From the NCBI GenBank assembly GCA_965612865.1, contig CBFDTJ010000023.1:1-18965 (forward strand): a stretch of DNA of 18,965 bases, in the 5' to 3' direction. Positions 7,407 through 14,979 of the stretch are shown one piece after another (the stretch's first letter is position 1; every line of letters begins with the position of its first letter). The notes under the pieces were generated by a model. The model was given only the letters and a program-made list of their open reading frames with translations. It searched no databases and was not told the origin of the DNA. The position numbers were made by a program, and so were the translations under genes. Source of the DNA: an uncultured bacterium (GTDB lineage: Bacteria; Caldisericota; Caldisericia; B22-G15).

Positions 7407-8309
7407 TTAACTGGAAACGAATTTTCTACCTTTTAGAGTGATGGCTCTCACAATTCTTTTATCGTAGTTTGTTTCTCCAGGAACAAGGTTTGCTCTAAGA
7501 GATATCAATTCCTCCAGCGGTCCCCCTATTATTTTCTCTCCAAGTATCTCTTCAACCTGAAATATTCCAGAGGAGTTTGTCATCTCCACTATTATTTCAA
7601 TTGGCTTTTCCTTCCCTCTAAGTATTAAAACCCTTTCAATGGAAAGGGCAGAAACTGTGTGAATACTTAAACTTCCAAGATCAAAAGCCATTCTTCCCCT
7701 GCCCTTTGTCATATCTGTGGCATCTCCAATTCCAACCACTGCTGCTTCAATGGTATAATCAGGAATATCTGCATCATGGGCGTATATTGCATTTAAGATA
7801 AAGCCTCTTACTTCTGTTTTTGTCTCTAAATCAGAGTATATTTTTGGAAGAAGTCTGTCAAGGATAGGTATTGCAAGGTATGTACTGTGAAGGGGGTGAT
7901 TGTTTCTATATATTTGATTTCCTATATCATGTAGAAGCGCTGCAGACAGGACTATAAGGTGATCATCATCTACGTCTCCTCCACCCTCTTTTACAAAGTC
8001 AGGAGTAATCTCTCTTTCAATGAGAAGATCAAGCATTTTTAAGGCTGATGCACATACTATTTTTGCATGCACCTCTCCGTGATCATTGTATTTTAACTTC
8101 TTAACAGCAATGAAGTTTGCAAGGTCCCAATCTGCTCTTAACTCAGGGTCATTTACAAGCATCTCAAACATTCTTTTTGCCTTTGGATATGTGTTTATAG
8201 ATTCTTCAATGGAATTCAAGGATTCAGTTTCAAGGTAGTCATAGCTTTCTGGAATCTCCACTTCAATACCCACATTCCTCAAATTTTTGCTTTTAAATTT
8301 TTCACTCAT
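7407..8309 (-). CDS. HD-superfamily metal-dependent phosphohydrolase (COG3294-like)
   Basis: YNDHGEVH, LLHDIGN, IYAHD, IGDATDMTKGRGR, SIHTVSALSI; SD AAGGAG upstream. Confidence 0.85.
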   Translation of the reverse strand: MSEKFKSKNLRNVGIEVEIPESYDYLETESLNSIEESINTYPKAKRMFEMLVNDPELRADWDLANFIAVKKLKYNDHGEVHAKIVCASALKMLDLLIEREITPDFVKEGGGDVDDDHLIVLSAALLHDIGNQIYRNNHPLHSTYLAIPILDRLLPKIYSDLETKTEVRGFILNAIYAHDADIPDYTIEAAVVGIGDATDMTKGRGRMAFDLGSLSIHTVSALSIERVLILRGKEKPIEIIVEMTNSSGIFQVEEILGEKIIGGPLEELISLRANLVPGETNYDKRIVRAITLKGRKFVSS

Positions 8310-8352
8310 AATATTTTTCTCCTTTAGTTGATTTTAATAAGAATACCATACT

Positions 8353-9444
8353 TTAGGTTACTTTTCCCCTTGCATCTATTTTTATTATCCTCTCCACCTC
8401 TTCTTCTCTTATTCCATATATTTCGTCAAAGTTGTTTATTACAAGACATGAATGCGCAGGGATAATTTTTAGTCTATCTCCAATTTTTATTGGATAATTT
8501 TCCGGGATTTTTATCCAGCCATGCTCTTCCGATAACCTGAATATCCTTGCCTCTGGATACTTAGGGGTAAATCCATACACCTTCTCTCCGTCAAGGACAA
8601 CAGAATCAAGGCTTAAAGTCTTTGCCCCTGCATCAACTATGATTCTATCTTTATCTGGCCTGCTTATTACTGTTGAAACTATGTTGAGGGAGACTCTATC
8701 AATGGGAATTACCCCAAGTAGAACCTGCTTCATATCATAAAAGACATAGTTTCCCGGCCTTATCTCTGTTATTCCCTTTACCTTTCCACTTATCTTTACT
8801 GATGGAGTTGAACCAACACTTACGGTGTTTACATTAAATCCCATGTCCTCAAGAATTCTTTTTGCCTTAATCACACCCTCAGCTTCTTCAAGAGACTTCT
8901 TCCTCAAGTCCTCTTCATTTTTTGAGGAGTAAACCTGTCCACCATGGGTAAAAACTCCATCAAGAATAATAGAGTCATATCTTTCTATCTCCTTTGCAAG
9001 CACTGCCGCATCCTCTGGTTTTACCCCGCATCTGTTATGACCTGAATCTATCTCAATCCTTACAAGAATTTTTTCCTCCTTAAAAGTTTCTGAAAGAGCC
9101 CTTATTCCTTCTATGCTGTCCACTGCAACGATTAATCTTTTAAGCCTCTTTGAAAGGTTAAAGAGTCTATTTAACTTTGTCTTACCAGTTATCTCAGATG
9201 ATATAAAGATATTTTTAAATCCACCATCACTAAAGACCTCTGCCTCGCCTATTTTTGCACACTGGATTCCCTCTGTTCCGTGCTTTTCCTGAAGTTTTCC
9301 TATCCATATACTTTTGTGGGTCTTTACCATGGGACGAAGAGAAACCCCATTTTCCTTAGAAAAATTTGCCATATCCCTTATATTTTCTTCAAGTTTCTCC
9401 AGATCAACATAAACAAACGGTGTGTCAACATCTTTTATTTCCAT
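8353..9444 (-). CDS. Fold-type III PLP enzyme (D-threonine aldolase / D-serine dehydratase DSD1-like)
   Basis: TP..YVDL, RPMVKTHKS (PLP Lys), IEIDSGHNRCGV, THGGQ, SVGSTP, EIRPGNYVFYD, DAGAKTLS, LSEEHG, IPAHSC. Confidence 0.9.
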   Translation of the reverse strand: MEIKDVDTPFVYVDLEKLEENIRDMANFSKENGVSLRPMVKTHKSIWIGKLQEKHGTEGIQCAKIGEAEVFSDGGFKNIFISSEITGKTKLNRLFNLSKRLKRLIVAVDSIEGIRALSETFKEEKILVRIEIDSGHNRCGVKPEDAAVLAKEIERYDSIILDGVFTHGGQVYSSKNEEDLRKKSLEEAEGVIKAKRILEDMGFNVNTVSVGSTPSVKISGKVKGITEIRPGNYVFYDMKQVLLGVIPIDRVSLNIVSTVISRPDKDRIIVDAGAKTLSLDSVVLDGEKVYGFTPKYPEARIFRLSEEHGWIKIPENYPIKIGDRLKIIPAHSCLVINNFDEIYGIREEEVERIIKIDARGKVT

Positions 9445-9450
9445 AATTAA

Positions 9451-9478
9451 AGTATAACTTAAAAAAAATCATTGACAA
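9451..9478 (-). promoter_or_regulatory. Sigma70-type promoter, apparently leaderless, for the PLP enzyme gene
   Basis: Minus strand TTGTCA-N16-TATACT-N6-ATG; no SD. Confidence 0.65.
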
Positions 9479-9499
9479 AATATTTAGATAATCTAAAAT
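9472..9499 (+). promoter_or_regulatory. Sigma70-type promoter, apparently leaderless, for marR-MATE
   Basis: TTGACA(9472-9477)-N16-TAAAAT(9494-9499)-N7-ATG; no SD. Confidence 0.72.
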
Positions 9500-9504
9500 T
9501 TAGA
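9483..9504. promoter_or_regulatory. Putative MarR operator (two overlapping palindromes)
   Basis: TTTAGAT-A-ATCTAAA (9483-9497) and TCTAAA-A-TTTAGA (9492-9504), overlapping the spacer and -10. Confidence 0.6.
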
Positions 9505-9506
9505 AT

Positions 9507-9938
9507 ATGAGAATAAATTATGTAAAAGAGATAGATGAGAATTTAAGAGAGATAAACAAGATTTTAAACAGGGATTTAAAGAGGGAGATGATAAAACTTG
9601 ATCTTGGCCTATCCCATTTTTATATATTAACCACTCTATACAGGGAAAAGGTTCTAAGTTCAGGGAATCTGGCAAAGAGCCTTGATGTGAGGAATTCAAC
9701 AATTACCTCTCTTGTGGATAGACTTGTAAAACTCTCGTTGGTAAAAAGAAGAAGGTGTGAAAGAGATAGAAGGGTCGTTCTTGTGGAGTTAACCGATAAG
9801 GGGAGAAAGCTTACAGAAAAACTCCTAACCTTAAGGAAGGAAAGGCTAAAAGAGATAGTTAAAGAACTCCCAGAAGAAAAAGTGAAGGAGATTTACGAAT
9901 CCATTAAAAGGGTAAAGGAGATACTGAAGAAGAAATGA
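9507..9938 (+). CDS. MarR family transcriptional regulator
   Basis: LAKSLDVRNSTITSLVDRLVKLSLVKRRRCERDRRVVLVELTDKG winged helix. Confidence 0.95.
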   Translation: MRINYVKEIDENLREINKILNRDLKREMIKLDLGLSHFYILTTLYREKVLSSGNLAKSLDVRNSTITSLVDRLVKLSLVKRRRCERDRRVVLVELTDKGRKLTEKLLTLRKERLKEIVKELPEEKVKEIYESIKRVKEILKKK

Positions 9939-11299
9939 TAAGGATAAGCAAAGAGGATTTAGCTCATCCAGAGGCAATAAGAAGAAAGATTATAAGCTTA
10001 TCTCTTCCGGCTGTTGGTGAGAATCTGTTCAGGACGATATTTTCCTTTGTGGATATGGCCTTTGTTGGTTATATTGGTTCCACCGCTTTAGCTGGTGTTG
10101 GGCTTTCAAATCAGGTTATATTCGTATTCATGGCTGTCATGTTCTCCCTTAATATAGGAACAGTGGTCCTCATTTCCCAGAATGTTGGGGCAAAGAGAGA
10201 GGAGAAGGCAAGGTATTCAGCTTATCAATCAATATATCTTGGTATATTTGTGTCAATAGTCTTTGCACTGGTTCCCATTTTCTTTTCAGATAAGATCTTC
10301 TCTCTATTTAATACCACACCGGAGCTTAAAAACTTTGCCTCAAGTTACTTTTTCTGGATACTTGCTCCTTCCTTTGTGTTTGTGCTTCCCTTCATGTTCG
10401 GTGCAATACTTAGAGGTTTTGGTGATACAAAATCACCTTTTAAAATTACTGCCTTTGCCAACACCTTAAACATATTTCTTGACTACTGCCTTATATTTGG
10501 AAAGTTTGGTTTTCCAGCTCTTGGAGTAACTGGAGCGGCAATAGCGACCTCTCTCTCAAGAGGTGTAAGTGTTCTAATCTATCTATTTGTATTGTTTAAT
10601 AAGAAGGGAAAAGTAAGGCTTAGTTTCAGGTTTCCAAAACCTGATTTCTTTATAATAGGTAAGATTCTATCCATAGGTTTTCCGGCATCTATTGAGAGGT
10701 TCATGTTTACATTTGGGAATCTCATCTTTGCGGCAATTGTACTCATTCTTGGACCAAAAGGATATGCAGCCCACAGGATTGCAATAAATGTTGAATCCCT
10801 CTCCTTCAATGCAGGGCTTGGTTTTGCCATTGCCACAACAACCCTTGTAGGTCAGGTTGTTGGTTTTGGTGAGATGGAGAAGGCGAAAAAGGTTGCGTAT
10901 GAGGCAATGAAGATAACAGTGGTGCTTATGGGAAGCGTTGGGATTCTACTCTTCTTCTTTCCAGATCTCCTTATAAGAATATTCACAAGGGAGATAGATG
11001 TGATAAACCAGGCAAGAATTGCAGTAAGAATTGTGTCCCTTGCACAGCCTCTTCTTGCAACGATATTTATTTTAAGTGGTGCCTTCAGAGGTGGAGGAAA
11101 CACAAAAACTCCAATGATTTCAACTGGTATTGGAGTATGGCTTATAAGAATTCCCTTCTCCTACCTCTTTGTAAAGGTTATGGGTCTTGGCATTGCAGGA
11201 GCATGGTATGCTGTGGTCCTTGATATGACCTTTAAGGCACTATTTTTATGGATAAATTTCATTAAGAAAGCTAACTTTAAACAGCATGTGCTTACATAA
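9935..11299 (+). CDS. MATE family efflux transporter
   Basis: LSLP, VDMAFVGYIG..ALAGVG, ILRGFGDTKSP, NIFLDYCLIFG.FG.P.LGVTGAAIAT; 454 aa; ATGA overlap with marR. Confidence 0.95.
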   Translation: MIRISKEDLAHPEAIRRKIISLSLPAVGENLFRTIFSFVDMAFVGYIGSTALAGVGLSNQVIFVFMAVMFSLNIGTVVLISQNVGAKREEKARYSAYQSIYLGIFVSIVFALVPIFFSDKIFSLFNTTPELKNFASSYFFWILAPSFVFVLPFMFGAILRGFGDTKSPFKITAFANTLNIFLDYCLIFGKFGFPALGVTGAAIATSLSRGVSVLIYLFVLFNKKGKVRLSFRFPKPDFFIIGKILSIGFPASIERFMFTFGNLIFAAIVLILGPKGYAAHRIAINVESLSFNAGLGFAIATTTLVGQVVGFGEMEKAKKVAYEAMKITVVLMGSVGILLFFFPDLLIRIFTREIDVINQARIAVRIVSLAQPLLATIFILSGAFRGGGNTKTPMISTGIGVWLIRIPFSYLFVKVMGLGIAGAWYAVVLDMTFKALFLWINFIKKANFKQHVLT

Positions 11300-11785
11300 C
11301 TACATATCCCGTGAAAGGTGAACAACAACTCCAACAATTACAGTGTTTTTATCCATCTTTATCCACTCGTATTTTCTATTTTCTGGAATAAGATAGGCTC
11401 TTCCATCCACAATTCTGTACCTTTTTACTGTAAGCTCTCCATCAACAGATGCAACAACAATGTCTCCACTTTTTGGATCAAGTTTTCTATCAACGAGGAG
11501 ATAATCTCCGGGAAATATTCCTGAACCTATCATTGAATCACCCTTTACTCTAAACCAGAAGTCACCCCTTGTATCAGGGACGCCCCTCCACTCGTATATC
11601 TTCCCATCAATGTAGAGAGGCTTCCCTGCTCTTACCTCTCCAACCACTGGATAGAAGTTATAAAGAGTCTCCTCAATCCTTATCCTTATCTTACCCTCTC
11701 TTTTAAAAACTTCTGAGAGTTCCTCCCTGCTTAACCCAGTTCCCTCCATCAATTCATCATTTGATAGAATCTTTGTCACCATCAT
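11300..11785 (-). CDS. S24 peptidase, UmuD/LexA-like autocleaving protein with a short N-terminus
   Basis: Cleavage-site motif VGEVRAG.P, catalytic Ser in RVKGDSM, catalytic Lys in GELTVKR, LIPEN; only about 45 aa precede the peptidase domain. Confidence 0.88.
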   Translation of the reverse strand: MMVTKILSNDELMEGTGLSREELSEVFKREGKIRIRIEETLYNFYPVVGEVRAGKPLYIDGKIYEWRGVPDTRGDFWFRVKGDSMIGSGIFPGDYLLVDRKLDPKSGDIVVASVDGELTVKRYRIVDGRAYLIPENRKYEWIKMDKNTVIVGVVVHLSRDM

Positions 11786-11791
11786 GCATCC

Positions 11792-11819
11792 ATTATACCA
11801 AACAAATGTTCGCTGTCAA
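11792..11819 (-). promoter_or_regulatory. Sigma70-type promoter with extended -10, apparently leaderless
   Basis: Minus strand TTGACA gcgaacatttgttTGg TATAAT ggatgc ATG (N16 spacer, 6 nt to ATG). Confidence 0.85.
11799..11812 (-). promoter_or_regulatory. SOS (Cheo/LexA) box-like operator
   Basis: CGAACATTTGTTTG closely matches Gram-positive-type CGAAC-N4-GTTYG and sits between the -35 and -10. Confidence 0.78.
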
Positions 11820-11820
11820 G

Positions 11821-12195
11821 TTATACAATTTCTATCTCTACATGCTCCTCCTCATCTGTGACATCTATTATTTTCCCTTTAAACTCTGGATCTTTCAAAG
11901 CTTCACTGAGTTCGTTTAAATCCACAGGTATCTCTTTTCCTTCCACAGTTAATTTCTTATGACCTATTTTCTGTGCAAGGGAGATTCCCCACTTTACAAG
12001 GGAGAAAGGCAGAGTTATGTTTACTGCCGGTTTTCCCTGCTTTGTTACCCTTATCTTAAGAAATTTCTTTTTTGAAGGAATTGCTTTATCTTCCTTTTCA
12101 GTTTCCTTTAATGCCTCAATTAACTCAACAGCCTCATCCTTTGTGAGCTTTCCTTCTTCAACCATCTTTAAAATCTTTAAAATCTCCTCCTTCAT
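11821..12195 (-). CDS. SHOCT-like (YvlB-type N-terminus) domain protein
   Basis: MKEEILKILKMVEEGKLTKDEAVELIEAL, then KFLKIRV...VNITLPFSLV...GKIIDV...VEIEIV; SD AGGAGG. Confidence 0.8.
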   Translation of the reverse strand: MKEEILKILKMVEEGKLTKDEAVELIEALKETEKEDKAIPSKKKFLKIRVTKQGKPAVNITLPFSLVKWGISLAQKIGHKKLTVEGKEIPVDLNELSEALKDPEFKGKIIDVTDEEEHVEIEIV

Positions 12196-12196
12196 T

Positions 12197-12577
12197 TTAT
12201 CCTCCTTTCTTTAGAAGTTTTTTTGCTTCTTCAGGGGAAATCTCCCCTTTATCAAGCTTTTCTAAGACTTCTTTCACATTCACCCTCTGTTCCTCCTCTT
12301 CTTCTATAGGTGTAAGCCCCAAGGATTTTAATATATTGTTTAATCTGTTCCTCACTGTTGGATAAGAAATTCCAAGGATTCTTTCCACCTCTTTTATGTT
12401 TCCCCTTGCCTTAAGAAACACAAGGAGAAAATTCACCTCTTCATCTTTTAAATATGTAAATGGATTTGTTAAAAATTCACCCTCCACACTGATACCACAT
12501 GTGGGGCATCTCAGTCTTTCTACAACCATCTCTTCTCCACATACAGGACATCTTGGTAGACCTTTAATGATTTTCAT
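12197..12577 (-). CDS. DUF2089 family protein (Zn ribbon + HTH + SHOCT-like tail)
   Basis: CPVCG...LRCPTC...EGEF, FLKARGNIKEVERILGISYPTVRNRL, VLEKLDKGEISPEEA; exact start uncertain. Confidence 0.9.
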   Translation of the reverse strand: MKIIKGLPRCPVCGEEMVVERLRCPTCGISVEGEFLTNPFTYLKDEEVNFLLVFLKARGNIKEVERILGISYPTVRNRLNNILKSLGLTPIEEEEEQRVNVKEVLEKLDKGEISPEEAKKLLKKGG

Positions 12578-12600
12578 CACCTCCTTAATCTTTTTAACAT

Positions 12601-12628
12601 ATTATATTAAATTTTTTAATCTTGTCAA
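12601..12628 (-). promoter_or_regulatory. Sigma70-type promoter of the DUF2089 operon
   Basis: Minus strand TTGACA-N16-TATAAT, both hexamers perfect. Confidence 0.85.
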
Positions 12629-12655
12629 GTAAATATTTAAATCATTTTGATACAA

Positions 12656-12675
12656 TTGTCAAGTTTTGTCAAGTT
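12656..12675 (+). repeat. 10-bp tandem direct repeat TTGTCAAGTT x2 in the intergenic region
   Basis: TTGTCAAGTT TTGTCAAGTT; a third TTGTCAAGT is at 12622-12630. Confidence 0.7.
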
Positions 12676-12719
12676 TTGATAAAATTATTCTGAAAAATAC
12701 TTACATTAAGGAGGATTCT

Positions 12720-13943
12720 ATGTCTTTACTTGTAAAAAACGCAAAGGTTAGGGGGTGGAAGGAAAATGTAGACCTCTTTATCAAAGATGGAAAATTTGTA
12801 AACATCGGGAAAGATCTTAATGTCAAAGCAGATGAAGTCATTGATGCAGACGGAAATCTCGTAACCCCAACCTTTGTTAACACACACCTCCATATAGATA
12901 AAGCCTTTACAGCTCTCTCTGGAAGATTTGGAAGGGAGGAGACCCTTGAAGAATCAATAAAGATAATGCATGAGATTAAGAGAAACTATACAAAGGAGGA
13001 TGTTAAAGAGAGAGCAGTAAGAGCAATAAGAGATTCTGTAAAGTATGGAGTGACAAAGATAAGAGGGCATGTGGATATAGATACCTACTGCGGTTTAACT
13101 GCTCTTGAGGGGTGTCTTCTTGCAAAGGAAGAGACGAAGGATATTGCAGATGTTCAGCTTGTTGCCTTTGCTCAGGAGGGAATATTCAGAGACAAAGGCA
13201 CAGAGGAACTTATGTATGAAGCTATGAAGATGGGGGCAGATGTTGTTGGAGGAATGCCTGCCGCAGAGTGGATATCCTCTGAATCCATAAGGCATGTTGA
13301 TTTCGTTTTTGAACTTGCAGAGAAGTTTGATGCTGATATTGATATACACATGGATCAAACAAAGGATCCCTTTGCTCAGTCTCTTGAATATACAGCGTTT
13401 AGGAGCATACAGGAGGGTTATCAGGGAAGGGTTACAGGAGGACACTGTACATCCCTTGCATACCAGAACGACGCCCATGCAAAGAAGGTGATAGAACTAC
13501 TTAAACTTGCCGATTTCAATGTGTGTGTTAATCCTCAGGTGCTTGCCATAATGGGAGTTGATCCTGAGCCAAGAACAAGGGGGGTTACAAGGGTTAGAGA
13601 ACTTGTAGATGCAGGTGTTAATGTTGCCACTGCACAGGATACAATATGTGATGGGTTCCACATATTTGGAACAGGAGATCCCCTTGATTATGGGCTTCTC
13701 ATGGCCTATGTAGCTCAGTATAACTCCACAGATAAGGTGGAAATTATCTTTGATATGATAACGAAAAATTCTGCAAAGATTATGAGACTCAACGACTATG
13801 GAATAAAGGAAGGAAATACTGCAGATTTTAACATAATCTTTGCTGAGACAGAATCAGAAGCCTTAAGAACAAGGCCAGGAAGGCTTGTCTTTAGGAAAGG
13901 AAAACTCATAGCAAAGCTTGAGAAGAAAGGAGAAATACTTTAA
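12720..13943 (+). CDS. Amidohydrolase-superfamily metalloenzyme, bacterial cytosine deaminase (CodA)-like
   Basis: NTHLHIDKA, IRGHVD, VAFAQEG, DVVGGMP, DIHMDQ, GHCTSL, AQD; SD AAGGAGG before ATG 12720. Confidence 0.88.
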   Translation: MSLLVKNAKVRGWKENVDLFIKDGKFVNIGKDLNVKADEVIDADGNLVTPTFVNTHLHIDKAFTALSGRFGREETLEESIKIMHEIKRNYTKEDVKERAVRAIRDSVKYGVTKIRGHVDIDTYCGLTALEGCLLAKEETKDIADVQLVAFAQEGIFRDKGTEELMYEAMKMGADVVGGMPAAEWISSESIRHVDFVFELAEKFDADIDIHMDQTKDPFAQSLEYTAFRSIQEGYQGRVTGGHCTSLAYQNDAHAKKVIELLKLADFNVCVNPQVLAIMGVDPEPRTRGVTRVRELVDAGVNVATAQDTICDGFHIFGTGDPLDYGLLMAYVAQYNSTDKVEIIFDMITKNSAKIMRLNDYGIKEGNTADFNIIFAETESEALRTRPGRLVFRKGKLIAKLEKKGEIL

Positions 13944-13946
13944 TTT

Positions 13947-14771
13947 ATGAATGAAGTTTGTCTTGTAACGGGTGCATCATCTGGTATTGGGAAGGACATT
14001 TCAGAGGAACTCATAAACAATGGGTATATAGTCTATGCAGTGGCAAGAAGGGTCGAGAGGCTGAAGGAGCTTGAATCTCTTGGAGCAAAGGTGTTATTCC
14101 TTGACTTAAGGGATGAGTCCTCAATAAAATCTGTCGTTGATAGAATAATATCAGAGGCAGGAAAAATAGATGTCCTTATCAACAATGCAGGTGTTGGACT
14201 TCTTGCTCCAGTGAAAGAGACACCCATTGAAAAGGTGAGGGAGGAGTTTGAGGTAAATTTCTTTGGTCCCTTAAAATTAACACAGATGGTTCTTCCTCAT
14301 ATGATTAAAAGGAAAAAAGGCAAAATAATAAATATTTCATCAGTTAGTGCAAAGGTTAGTATCCTCATGTATGGATGGTACAGTGCATCAAAAGCAGCAA
14401 TGGAAATGGTTTCAGATGCTTTGAGGATGGAGGTTAAACCATTTGGGATTGATGTTATCGTTGTTGAGCCGGGTTCTATTAAATCTGAATGGTACAAAAA
14501 TGCCACCCGATACCTTAATGAGATAACAAGGGGAACCCATTATGAGAGTATAGCAAATCACATAATTAAAAATATGGTTAAAAGGCAGAAAGGAAAACTT
14601 CCTTCTTCTGAGGTTGTTTCAAAGGCTATCTTAAAGATAGTGAAGGCGAGGAATCCTAAACCAAGATATATCTTAACAAGTGAGGCAAAACTCATCCTCT
14701 TCTTGAGGTGGATTCTACCTGAACAAATATTTTACTGGATTCTCAACAACCACTTTAAAAACAAATGGTGA
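13947..14771 (+). CDS. Short-chain dehydrogenase/reductase (classical SDR)
   Basis: VTGASSGIG, ARR, DVLINNAG, NISS, WYSASK (YxxxK), VEPG. Confidence 0.95.
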   Translation: MNEVCLVTGASSGIGKDISEELINNGYIVYAVARRVERLKELESLGAKVLFLDLRDESSIKSVVDRIISEAGKIDVLINNAGVGLLAPVKETPIEKVREEFEVNFFGPLKLTQMVLPHMIKRKKGKIINISSVSAKVSILMYGWYSASKAAMEMVSDALRMEVKPFGIDVIVVEPGSIKSEWYKNATRYLNEITRGTHYESIANHIIKNMVKRQKGKLPSSEVVSKAILKIVKARNPKPRYILTSEAKLILFLRWILPEQIFYWILNNHFKNKW

Positions 14772-14913
14772 AGACTTAAATTATAATTTTACAGGAGCAG
14801 CGTACTCAAAACTTAGAAAAGTAAGGTTTTTAATCAGAGATTAAGATTATTTTGTTTGTTGCTTATTTGCTTTTACTCTCTTGAGGAGATTTATAAGTTT
14901 ACGCATTAATTTC

Positions 14914-14941
14914 TTGACAGAAATGATATATTGTATATAAT
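14914..14941 (+). promoter_or_regulatory. Sigma70-type promoter of the transporter-AtuA-DUF4387 operon
   Basis: TTGACA(14914-14919)-N16-TATAAT(14936-14941). Confidence 0.85.
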
Positions 14942-14962
14942 ATAAAAAATATTTTATATTAT
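14927..14962. promoter_or_regulatory. Putative GntR/FadR-type operator(s)
   Basis: Near-palindrome TATATTGTATATAATATA (14927-14944; core TTGTATATAA resembles TTGTATACAA) over the -10, plus ATAATATAAAA-N4-TTTTATATTAT (14937-14962). Both are AT-rich, so chance occurrence is possible. Confidence 0.5.
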
Positions 14963-14979
14963 CAAAGGAGGTTAATGTT

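Noticed and set aside
11300..11785. Calling this gene lexA or a prophage repressor
   Set aside because: It lacks the ~70-aa LexA winged helix and there are no phage genes nearby; no symbol assigned
12622..12685. Short repeats as a CRISPR array or replication iterons
   Set aside because: Units are only 10 bp with no spacers, and no cas or rep gene is present
12720..13943. Assigning the symbol codA
   Set aside because: The catalytic Glu position is Gln, so the substrate is uncertain
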